Assembly (NCBI GenBank): GCA_964016885.1
Contig: CAXHJY010000386.1
Location: 14,115 to 78,114 of the forward strand
From: Eledone cirrhosa
Lineage: Eukaryota
DNA: 64,000 nucleotides
Direction: 5' to 3'
The translations under genes and the position numbers were made by a program. Under the pieces are notes generated by a model that saw only the letters and a program-made list of their open reading frames with translations, was not told the DNA's origin and did no database searches. This document shows, one piece after another, positions 37,308-64,000 of the stretch (position 1 is its first letter; each line of letters opens with the position of its first letter).

Positions 37308-38219
37308 TCACAAGAATTTGATACCAGATTCTGAGATAGAAAAATAAAGAGTTTTCAAATCCATATTTGTCATACAAAACTTGGTTTCTGTTGCAGTTTT
37401 CGTAAAAATCAACCGTTTGCTAACAAAATTTTCCCACACTTTATCCAAATATTTTATATGAGACCGCTTAGCTGTTGATGAATAGGTAGTTGGGCTGTTT
37501 ACAGTATTAGGATTAATGATATGATTGTTATTATTAGTTGTAGTAGTATTTTGGGGGTCGGTGTATTTTGGTTTGAAGATGAGTGATTTGGTGGCTATAA
37601 CAAAGATATTTAAGTCGTTAACAAATTTCTTGAGTATTTTTGTAACTCTGCGTATGTTGAGGCCCTGGGTGCTGAAGTTATCGTTGGCACCACACCTGTC
37701 CAGCCAATAAAACGTTGATATGCTGTCGATAACCAACAAGCAGAAAGTAACATCGGTTGTCAGTTGGTATTCGAGGCTGTGCAAAGTGAGAAACAACTGC
37801 CATGAACTTGAACAGTAGACAATATAGACACGTTGGAGACAGTCGTCTGTGAACAACTGTATTTCTGATTCTAGCTTGCCGACGCTGCTCTCCCCATCAT
37901 CATTACTTGGCGATGACAATTCACTGAAATGAGGCTGAAGAATTTCGGTAATTTTCTTCTCCAAGATGAGAACGAGTCTCAAAATGGAAAACTTGTAATC
38001 AGTGCTGATAAAAATGACTTTCAACTCAGGACCATTCACAGGAACATTTTTCCAAACTTTTGGCAAAACACATCGGACAATTAAATTGAGCAAGACTTCA
38101 GTTTTCCCAGTTCCTTCTTCTCCAAAGAATTCTAGGATTTCTCCACTGCTTGACCTCTCCCCAAATAGTTCCGGAGCAACATTGCTCAAGGATTCACGTG
38201 TGCCAAGCCGAGCCAGAAG
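37308..38219 (-). CDS. XRCC2: DNA repair protein XRCC2 (RAD51 paralog), coding exon 2
   Basis: Acceptor tttcttcttcAG; LLARLG..; Walker A GEEGTGKT; Walker B LLVIDSISTFYWLDR; FISTDYKFSILRLV is an XRCC2-type motif. Confidence 0.95.
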   Translation of the reverse strand, partial: LLARLGTRESLSNVAPELFGERSSSGEILEFFGEEGTGKTEVLLNLIVRCVLPKVWKNVPVNGPELKVIFISTDYKFSILRLVLILEKKITEILQPHFSELSSPSNDDGESSVGKLESEIQLFTDDCLQRVYIVYCSSSWQLFLTLHSLEYQLTTDVTFCLLVIDSISTFYWLDRCGANDNFSTQGLNIRRVTKILKKFVNDLNIFVIATKSLIFKPKYTDPQNTTTTNNNNHIINPNTVNSPTTYSSTAKRSHIKYLDKVWENFVSKRLIFTKTATETKFCMTNMDLKTLYFSISESGIKFL

Positions 38220-38691
38220 CTGAAGAAGAAATAAAAACGAAAAAACCCCATTATTTTACATTATAAAAGGGAGCTGGATTGGCAGTGTTGGACAAATCCT
38301 GCCTGGGTTAACTTTACCTTTCATCCTTTCAATTCTGAAAAATAATGTATCAGTTACATACTCGAGTTGGTACATGCCAAGTCATACTCGCTATATTTAT
38401 ATATATATATATATCGAGTTTCAGATGATCCCACTTATGAAAGCAGAAATTCATTGCTTAAACTTTTAATCTGTACTAATAATAAATATTTGGTCTACGG
38501 GTTTATATATATTTATATACATATATATATACAACCTTTATCGAGTCCTCTTTGGATTTTGGTCATTGTATTTATTATTAACTTTGCCTTTCATCCTTAT
38601 GGGGTCGATAAAATAAAGTATCAGTAATGTACTGGGTAATTGCTGGTCTTGTGCCAAAAGTACAAACAATTATTATTATTATATATATATA

Positions 38692-38872
38692 CTAGGGTCG
38701 GCTGAAAAGTTCATACTCTTATGGTATGACCAAATGAGGTTTATTTTGCAACATAGTCAGCGGAAAAAAACAATGTATTTATTAAAGTTGAAAGTAATGC
38801 ATACAAGATTTCATAGACCTAGCTAGCATCACTCTTCCATAGTCAGCCTATGAACCTTTTAGCTGATCCTCG
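38692..38872. mobile_element. Mariner-type MITE in the XRCC2 intron
   Basis: Imperfect 24-bp TIRs ctagggtcggctgaaaagttcata and tatgaaccttttagctgatcctcg; TA on the left flank. Confidence 0.65.
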
Positions 38873-39013
38873 GACATAAACCATACACAAATGAACCCTA
38901 ACTCAATTCCAATGAATCTAGAGAATCAGACGATCTTTTCGTTTTTATTTCGGGACACACACACATATAATAGCGGGGAGGGATGGATTGAGAAGCTAAA
39001 CATTATCGTCCAG

Positions 39014-39190
39014 TTGGCAGTATCGGTAGGGGGTCGGACACCATGCTTTGACGCATAGAGTTACGGCCCTTGCCATTCTGAGTTCAAATCCCGCCGAAGT
39101 TAACTTTGCCTTTCATCCTTACGGGGTCGATCAAATAAAGTACCAGTAATGTACTGGGTAATTGTTGACCTTGTGCCAATAGTAGAAACA
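39014..39190 (+). mobile_element. Family-A SINE with TSD in the XRCC2 intron
   Basis: 12-bp TSD ATTATCGTCCAG at 39002-39013 and 39191-39202. Confidence 0.88.
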
Positions 39191-39384
39191 ATTATCGTCC
39201 AGAGTAAAACACAACAGTGTGTGCCACACTTTTTAACTTGTTGTTAATATATATAGAGAGGGGACAAGAATCTGAACCCTGTCACTTATATAAACAATGA
39301 AACCGGTGAATCGGACGAGGTATTTTTCTTATTTTTATATATATGGGATGCTTGCGCTGAAATGTTTTACATATTTTCACTCAC

Positions 39385-39417
39385 CTCCGAACCTGTTTCA
39401 ACTACCTTTACTGCCAT
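39385..39417 (-). CDS. XRCC2: XRCC2 coding exon 1 (MAVKVVETGSE)
   Basis: ATG..GAG|GTGAGT, phase 0; joins to give ETGSE-LLARL, comparable to vertebrate ESGTE-LLARL. Total protein 314 aa. Confidence 0.88.
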
Positions 39418-41939
39418 AACTTTTATAACTTATACCGCTTACAACAAATTCAAGAAAAAGTTGAAATTAGCACCACGCCTAGTACTTTATAACTAATACA
39501 AAATAAACGTGAACAAATATCTATTAATTTATCGAATGGCCAAGATTTAATAAATATATCGAAGGTTGGGGAGGGGGCTAGGAGAAAGACGTGTCTGTAA
39601 TTAAGGAAAGTAAAACGTCATTTAAAAAAGACCGAAGCGGCTTTTAAATAACTCAAGACGAATGAAGTGCTTTTGAATTGTCTCCCTTTAACGGTTGCTT
39701 CGTGGTAAATTAGCTTCGGTTTTACGTGACTGACGATCAAAGGCATTCTAGCTATAACCACTCCATCATTTTTCTCCAAATATAGTATATGCGGAACTCT
39801 ATTTTTGGTAATTTTTCACTGTTGCATCTCGCTTTGGAGGTGAAATTTGTGTTTTTTTCCTGTGGGTTTTGTTGCATTTTAAACGAATCTGACTATAAAA
39901 CCATTAGAAATTTTTTTTTTTAATTAACCGGGTGAGGTACCGGTGCTCCGTATTCATCTTCTTTGTCCAACCCATGTGAGCAAGAAAGAAAGATGTGCTT
40001 CCTACTCCCACGTACATCGTTGATTTACTTTCCCCAGTCCAACCCATGCCAGCATTGAAAGCCAAGCGTGCCTCACAATATACCCCCAAACGCAACTCAC
40101 TTCAAGGCCACCTCATGACTCGACGCTTCCTTTCTCACGGTTGTATGAGCACGACATTGGCACCTGATCAGTCTACTCTCAGTATCGTCTAACCTATGAA
40201 AGCATGGAAAATAGATGTTAAACGGTGGTGATAATGATGATATAGTTCAGGTGTAGATCAAGTCTACAACTGTCTGACGAACCAGTACCATACAGGGGGA
40301 ACAAACCACTGGATCAGCCTTAATAGACTAATCTCAAGTACGGTATTGGGTGTTCCTTCTCATGTTTGCATACTAAACATATATATACAATCACCATCAT
40401 CATCATTTAACGTGTATTTTCCATGTTTGCATAGGTTAGATGGCTGCCGCATGCTGAGGCCAGACCTGTCAGGTGACTAGGTCCTGCTCATATGCTCTGT
40501 TTTGGCTTGGTTTTTACGGTTGGACGCCTTTCTAATAAAAACTACTTTACAGTGAATACCTGAAGCATGGTTTCTATAACTGGATGCCCTTTCTAACACC
40601 AACCACTTCACAGCGTGTGCTGCAATATATATATATAGGCTCATATATTGGAAACACTGTCCAGAGACTTCGCATATGGATCGAGGATTATATGAACACA
40701 AACTTAGAATCAACAGCGATTATAGTAAAGAATTCAGCATGTTTGGTGGGTGTCCATCAAGGCTTTGTCGTTAGCTGGCTTCCGTTTTTAATAGTCTTTC
40801 TGGCAATAACAGAGTATCTTAGGCCTGGCTGCCAATAGGAATTCCTATATGCAGATGATTTAGTTGCCATAGCTTAATCTACTATGAAATCGGAGAAATT
40901 CCAGACTTGATAGTAAGATCTGGAATTAAAAAGTCTGAAAGTTAACCTACCCAACACACGTTATATTGAAGTCATCATGGAAGCCATTGAGAGAAACGTG
41001 GGTAATTTGGGAATCAAAGAGACCCTTCTTATCAACAGGTATAAACCTAGTATTAACAACAGATCTATGCTACATGGAGTTGATTGTTTATTGTAACTGG
41101 TCGGTGCATGTTAACTTGGAGCCTCTGACAATTAGTGGTACCAACACCAAAGAGGTTGTCATGCCCTTGGTATAACAGAATAATCTTCCCAGCCCTTAAT
41201 CTGGCAGGTTTTCTGTAGCTGGATGTCCAACCACATTACAGAAAGTACTGGGTACATTTGTATATTTATATGTAGCGAGAAAGTCAGTAAGAAAAACGTG
41301 CTCTATATATACTAATTTATTTCAAAATGGATGGCTGAAGAAATGCCGACTCATTCGCGATTATGATCATATAATTTAGTCAGACCATGAAACCTAAGGT
41401 TGCATAACGATTTTCATGTGTACAATTAAGAGTAAACGAGAGTGTATAAAGGCGCATGGCTTGGTTGTTAGGTTGTTGGGCTCACAATTGTACATAAATT
41501 TCAATTCCTGAACCGAGTAACATGGGTCTTTGAGCATGACATGTTATTTCCCGTTTTTCTGATGTCACTAGGGCATATGCCTTTCCCTTAGACAACATCA
41601 ATGTGGCATGCAGAAGGGAGACTGGCATGCATGGATGAGTACTCGTCTTTCACAAAACAGCTTGCCCAAAGTTGCACCCTCAAAGAACTTTCCAGATGCA
41701 AATCCATAGCGATATATACAGGATGGTCCCACCCACAACGTATACACATATTTATTAGGATGCTGTTGAAGTGTGTATACATTTTTGGGGACACCCTGTT
41801 TGTGTATATAAATATATATATATACACACACATGCATATAAATATCCTACATAAGGGTGAAAGCAGAAATTGTTTGCTTAAACTTTTAATCTATGCTAAT
41901 AAATAATTATATTTGTTTTTATTGTTTACCACCTTAATT

Positions 41940-41973
<34 letters not shown>

Positions 41974-42046
41974 AATTAAGGTGGTAAAAAATAAAAAATA
42001 CTGACCTTTCCTGTTTATAATTATATATAGTGTATATATAAGTATA

Positions 42047-42139
<93 letters not shown>

Positions 42140-42224
42140 CAAAGGGATATTTAATTATCCAGGAAAAACGTGAACCGTTAAGATCTCGTTCCTGAATATG
42201 TCAATATTTATAAAATAAACTTTG

Positions 42225-42285
42225 TATTTTATCTGATGAGTGCGTACCAACATTTTGGTACCCTTGAAATATATATAATAGAATA
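42225..42285 (+). ncRNA. Degenerate type I hammerhead in a solo Penelope pseudo-LTR
   Basis: TATTTTAT-CTGATGA-GTGCGTACCAA..TTGGTACCCTT-GAA-ATATATAT-A-ATAGAATA; the base of stem II is mismatched. Confidence 0.55.
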
Positions 42286-42689
42286 AATATGGTTTTATAA
42301 ATATAGTTTCCATTTATTAATATCATTGATATATACACACATATATATATATATTTAATACATTATCAGAGAAAGCTTTAAGCAATACTCCGACCGACTT
42401 CCTTAGTATAATCCCAATTATACGTTTGGGGTGCTAACTATACGTATTTTGAGGATAGTCAGTTGTATTATTTTATATTAGACATAATTAAATACACCCC
42501 TCTTTCCAAACGATCGTTTCATTATAAGTTTTCTACAAGTTGGGAAAATAATTGTTTCTACTTTTGGCACAAGGCCAGCAATTACCCAGTACATTACTGG
42601 TTGGGAAAATAATGTCCAGGTTATGTAGAAGCCTCCACATAGTCTATAGGAATATATGCAGGTGGGCACTTACAAATCATCAGGGATTT

Positions 42690-42828
42690 GAACTCAGAAC
42701 GTCCCTTTACGATCTGAGTTCAAATCCCGCCGAGGTTGACTTTGCCTTTCATCCTTACGGGGTCGATAAAATAAAGTACCAGTAATGAACTGGGTATTTG
42801 CTGGCCTTGTGCCTAAAGTAGAAACAAA
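42690..42828 (+). mobile_element. Family-A SINE fragment
   Basis: Matches the family consensus. A 47-bp minus-strand 3' fragment with a 14-bp TSD (gttgggaaaataat) lies at 42553-42599. Confidence 0.8.
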
Positions 42829-43458
42829 TATAAAGTTGAAGTTCCTGTCTGTTTGTTTGTTCACGAACGCCTATGGTTTTGGAGACAGACTCCCATAACC
42901 ATATATATTCTGAAACTACATTGCCCAGGGTACTTGGATAAGTATATTTCATTTTAATCAAAGGGTTCCCCGGGGGCACAAACAGCCGCTGAAAATTTTT
43001 TTTCTTCGATTTATGAAATTTAAACCATAGGTAAATGACAAGATATGATGCCTATTCACATAATTTCAGCAAATTTCAATAATATTAAGACACCCTAATG
43101 GGGATTAAGCACCCTATAGTGAACATTTTGGCAGCCCATAACTTGAGAATTGGAACTTTGAATTTCTAATTTGAAAATAATGCTTTACACAAATATGAAA
43201 TGATCAAGTTTTGAATTGATATTTTGAAAAAAATAATTTACAAGAAACAAAATAAGAATAAGATTTAATAATGTAATTTTGATTTGATATATTACAAAAA
43301 ATGTTTACCAATTTTTAACGCATTACAATCTAAATTGAGTAATATTGAAATGCAGAGTTTTTCTCCATAAATTATATCACTAATTTAAAATCAATCATCA
43401 TTTTCTTACAACAAAAAAAAAATGTATGAAACGCAGCAAGGCGCGGGTAATTCGGCTA

Positions 43459-43459
<1 letters not shown>
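42829..43459 (+). mobile_element. Non-autonomous Helitron-like element
   Basis: 5' tataaagttgaagttcctgtctgtttgtttgtt (microsatellite near the 5' end); 3' GC-rich imperfect hairpin followed by gCTAG|T. Confidence 0.6.
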
Positions 43460-43517
<58 letters not shown>

Positions 43518-43675
43518 AAAGTTAAACAAGGTTCAATGAATACATCAAAGAATGAGTTTTACAATATATTGGAAGCACTCAACAATGAGGGTTTCCAGAG
43601 TTATTCATATTAATTCAAAATATTAACAAAATAGATATTCTTGTGATCAATTATATTTTATTATACATATTTCAG

Positions 43676-43713
<38 letters not shown>

Positions 43714-43739
43714 CACGCAGAGAATTTTTTGTGTGGCAG

Positions 43740-44280
43740 AAAAAAAATCTACTGCGAAAAATGAGCATGCGCAATTATTTTTAGCAAGGGAGAGAAGTAA
43801 GAATCAACTTCCGTTTTCACCCCCTTACCATTACAGTCGGTTCAAAGAGATCAAAAGGCAAACATTGACGAGGTATCTAGAAATTGTTGATATTATCGTT
43901 GTTGTATCCAAATCCGTGGTTGTCGCGGCTTTCTTATTTCCCCCTCCCTTCTTCTTCACAGCTCTGTCCTCTTTACTACTTGTTCATTAAACGGGGCCCT
44001 AAAAAAACCAAGGGGTTCAAACATACGCTACCCCTTCTACTAGTTTTGCCTTGTATGTTTCACTTCTGTTGTCTACAGAAGTGCCCACACCCACGTGTCA
44101 TAAGGTCAGGGCAGTTCATTTAGAAAGCTGAGATGATAGGCATATCTCTTCTTACACCATCGTACATCCGAAACTTTTTCCAGGAAACGATGTGGGTTTG
44201 GTTGTGACATTTCCACTCGCAATTGAAAACACCTTTTACCACTTACACTCGCTAACCCTCATCGACTAATAAGTAAAGAG
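43740..44280 (+). promoter_or_regulatory. Candidate COP1 promoter and 5' non-coding exon
   Basis: Unique CpG-containing stretch with NRF1-like GCATGCGCA (43765) and ETS-like ACTTCCG (43807); possible donors at 44273 and 44281. The acceptor at 47464, upstream of the ATG, implies such an exon. Confidence 0.4.
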
Positions 44281-44566
44281 GTATTGTCACCGTTAATATT
44301 ATTGTCATCCTTGAAATTTCATTGAGTTCACTGGTTACTTACTGCCACACTAGTTCTGTCGTTTTTCCACCGAGCACCTAACCAATATTTTCCTCCATCT
44401 CGATATTCTATGTGTGAAAACAAACCTATCTCTCTCTATATATATGTCTGAAGTAGTAATTATATGTATGTATGTGCGTATATTTATATATATATATATA
44501 TATATTTGCGTATGTACCATTACATAAACACACACGTATATATATATATGTATATATATAAATAAG

Positions 44567-44775
44567 TGAAGGCGTGTGGCTGAGTGGTTAGAGTATTGGA
44601 TTCATAATCGTGAGGTTGTGAGTTCGATTCCTGAACCAGGCGATGCGTTATGTCCTTGAGCAAGACACTTTATTTCACGTTGCTCCTTCTACCTGGAGTT
44701 GCGACCGATAGATAGTATTAGCAATTGGAAAGACCAACGGAAACATAGTTTCCTCGGTCCGATTTGACGAAAGTC
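44567..44775 (+). mobile_element. Family-B CORE-like tRNA SINE
   Basis: A box tggctgagtgg, B box gagttcgattcc, then tgtccttgagcaagacacttt. Confidence 0.8.
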
Positions 44776-44873
44776 GATCGACTAGAAAATATATAAATAA
44801 AATGATGCCTATACTCTAGCTACGTATTGAATTCCTTTTTGAACTTTGACAATTTCCCAATCCCCAATGGAAT

Positions 44874-44939
<66 letters not shown>

Positions 44940-46886
44940 TACATACCCACGCAGTTTAGGAGAGTCGGCTGATTAGAATTTTTGTTGTTATTTTCATTGT
45001 CAAGTTCTCTAGTAATTACGCCTGTTTGTGCGTGTTTTGTCCCATTTCCCACTCTCTTCATTACTTTGATTCCAACGCAACACAGTATTCTCTCATCTCT
45101 GATATTTTGGTTATATATATATATGTACACACACAAACACACACATATATATATATATATATATAAGAGAGTCGGGGCCCCGACTCTAATATATTTACAC
45201 TACTGTCCTAAGTATCGAGTACTATATATATATATATATATATATAGGAAACCCAAATGGTTTTAAAACATTTTGGAAAAATATGTTTTAAATCCCGAAA
45301 CACCTTTGTATTTTCTTTAAATACATATTAATGCTCTATGATGTCGCTTATTTTCCAATCTTTGGAACCGAACCTTGGAACTATTTGATCTGAATGATCG
45401 ATAATCATAACAATACATCAGGTTTACCAGCATCTTGCTTAGTGAAAACCAAGTGGATATCTCCATTTATAAATTTATGTATATATATATATAAACATAG
45501 TCACAAACACCATTATCAAATACTATATGCACTTATGGTACCTTACATAGATAATGCCTGGAAATATCTAGCAGATACAGACAAATATATACCTTGTGAG
45601 TGAAATTTAGTAGACGGAATCTGTGAAGAAGCCCGTCATATGCATATCTAAACACCTATGCCTTGCGTGGTTTCATTAGTCAATGCTAAAAAAAAATAAA
45701 TAAACGTGATAGATCTCACATCGATTTGTGCGATGTGTGTTCAGTGATCTGATCAGTTGAAGTACTAGCGTACCTTTTGATGTGTTCAGTGGCTGATTAT
45801 TCTGCTGCAAACACTTGTAACCTTAATGTAAATAATCTCAAGTAGAATTATCTTGATACTGTGGGTGTGTGTGACAAAGTTGACTCCCTTCGAATAATGA
45901 GTGCTGTTCATACGATTTCTCTCACATGGTTAACTCGAGGATTCGATGAAAGATGATTGCTTTTGCAAGTCTGCGCCCATACAATGGCTTGCAAAGCCGA
46001 TAGCTTTGGCGAACCACAGCATTATAATAAGTATGTATATATTTTTTGGGACACCCTATATAAGTATATATATTTATATATGCATACACTCACACACGCA
46101 TATCTAAATGTGTGTGCATGTATGGACCTTTGGAGTCGTAGGGGTGTCGTAATGAGGTACGGCGTTTCTTGGTCACTTTAAACCTGGCGTAGACCCTCCC
46201 TTCTTCTGGTATGAATACAGCCGATTTCTCCCAATGAAGGAGAGAAAGTGAGAAAGAGATATAGTGGAAGAATCACCCAATACGGGATCGGTACTTTTTT
46301 TCATCGACTTCGATAGGATGAAAGGTAAAGTTGAACTCAACGGGATTCGAACTTCGGGCGCAATATATGTGTGTGTATATTTATATTTATTTATATTAGA
46401 GGTGTATACGAAAGTAGATGCGATATGTTTATGTATAATAAACATGCATAAGTCTTTCTACAAGTATTTTAAACTGTGCTCATGTCACAGTATCTCAGTA
46501 CCGTGTGAAATGCCAGATGCTAGCGTTTCAGGATTCTTGCTCATTATTGATGACGTTTACTCAATTGGTATTGAGACAAGATAATTTAATTGCTGAAATG
46601 ACAGGCCGATGAAACCGAGAATGCAAAGAACACGGCGGCCATATGCCTCTTAAGTCATAACCATCTTTCTAAAAATAACGTATTTTTATTGTATCATACA
46701 CGATGACAAATAAAATACAGCTATAGCTTATATACTTTCGCTTATAAAACGTCTGATGGTGATGTTGAGTTGCATATAGTGCGAACTTGACTTGCTAGAA
46801 TGAATTGGCGGTAGCTCTAACATAGCATCACTCATAATAGCGATGTATATATGGAGGTATGTACAATATTTATTTATACATACATA

Positions 46887-46985
46887 CAGGGTATCTTAAA
46901 AAATGTATACACACTACAACAGCATTCTAATAAATAATTGCTTGTACAAGTAATGAAAGTGAGTATACATTTTTGGGACACCCTG
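46887..46985. mobile_element. Tc1/mariner-type MITE
   Basis: TA-CAGGGTATCTTAAAAAATGTATAC...GTATACATTTTTGGGACACCCTG-TA; related copy at about 41719-41797. Confidence 0.75.
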
Positions 46986-47489
46986 TATATATAAATCAGG
47001 ATGGACTCAGTTTGAAACTAGTTAGACCATTACTCAACAGAGTACTTGGTACTTGAGGTAGTAGAGTATGGTTATATTATAAAGAGTTGGGACCCCAATG
47101 ACTGAACTCTTGCCGTTTCAACAGCTCATCCATCAGGTCCCCGGACTTATAATACACACACACACCTGTATGACGAAATGAACAGATATGCCTTTTCTCA
47201 ATTTTTTTTCCTTTTTGCCCTTGCTCACTCTTTATCTTTCTATTCTTTAATTTCTCATTCTATATTCTAATGAAGGACTAGCGTCTGAAACATCAAGACT
47301 ATTCCTACTGTATTAAGCTTGAAACTAATATATATCTTCATTGAAACTCATCGTTTGTTGTGTTTTTTCTGTATACTTTTTGCACATACACACACACATA
47401 TATATATATATGTGTATATATATATATATATATTTGAGTAAAGTGTTTGTTGATGTGATTGCAGGAAAATAAAAGTGATAGACGATACA

Positions 47490-63406
<15,917 letters not shown>

Positions 63407-63819
63407 GTGAGTACCTTTTAACCCTTTATACCTCCACCTGCTTTTATTTATAGTGGTGCCATGATAAAATTCACCCAGTACACTCTATAATATGTTAGTG
63501 CTGGAGCCATGGTAAAATTCACCCAGTGCATGCTGTAAAATCTTAGTGCTGGTGTCATGATAACATTCACCCAATGCACTATGTAGAATGTTAGTGCTGG
63601 TGCAATGATTTACTGCATTGTGTAAAGTGATAGTGTTGGTGTCATGATAAACTGTCACCTTGTTGGATTTCTGAATGGTGGGCATTATTTTAAAATTACC
63701 TTGAATTTTTTAATAGTGTGGCCCACCTTTTGCTGAACCATATCTCATTATCTCATGTGGCCCACTGCTTGAAAAAGATTGCCCTTGCCTGGTGTAAAGT
63801 GTTAGTGTTGGTCTACAAA

Positions 63820-64000
63820 GTGTAAAGTCTGCCTCGAGCCCGGAGGCTCATCAGGCTGGTGCTTATCCTGGTTTCCATGGCATTAATCGAATGAGAGTAG
63901 AAGACTCCCCCTTGGAGAGGGCGTCTGTCTATCGCAGGGTTAAACCCCCCAATTATTGCTGGTAGTCGTTTTCAGCTGAGTATACTGGAGCAACGTGAAA
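63820..64000 (-). mobile_element. 3' part of a SINE, cut by the window end
   Basis: Minus strand tttcacgttgctccagt.tactcagctg (shared with family B at about 9975-10000), a 3' stem-loop and a tttac tail. Confidence 0.6.

Noticed and set aside
44567-44645. tRNA gene candidates in SINE heads (also 700, 8222, 39014)
   Set aside because: A and B boxes are present but there is no complete cloverleaf, and they continue into SINE bodies.
47262-47302. ctaatgaaggactagcgtctgaaacatcaaga hammerhead-like relic
   Set aside because: Core mutated (CUAAUGA) and stems I and III broken; at most a dead PLE remnant.
63830-63856. CTGATGA followed by a hairpin on the minus strand, as a possible hammerhead
   Set aside because: No GAAA after the stem; it fits the 3' stem-loop of a SINE tail.

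Overview
Repeat-rich, AT-rich animal genomic DNA. The SINE/RTE repertoire and the 5S-like sequence suggest a coleoid cephalopod such as an octopus (inference). Three spliced host genes are supported: (1) an unrecognised 143-aa proline-rich, PPxY-containing protein with a C-terminal hydrophobic tail (+, 4535-20280, 3 coding exons); (2) XRCC2 (-, 39417-37308, 2 coding exons); (3) COP1/RFWD2 (+, 15 coding exons from 47490 to 63406, continuing past the window end), divergent from XRCC2. The rest is RTE-clade LINEs, a decayed Penelope-like element, CR1 and mariner fragments, tRNA-derived SINEs, MITEs, Helitron-like elements, a 5S-derived sequence, minisatellites and long (TA)n arrays. Most long ORFs in the track are repeat artefacts. 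Main leads: hammerhead-ribozyme motifs in Penelope-type terminal repeats that recur as palindromes inside (TA)n arrays; a 5S/RTE-tail chimera; fold-back and inversion signatures at RTE 5' junctions; and the orphan PPxY tail-anchored gene. All coordinates were read by eye, and family assignments come from recalled motifs, not database searches.
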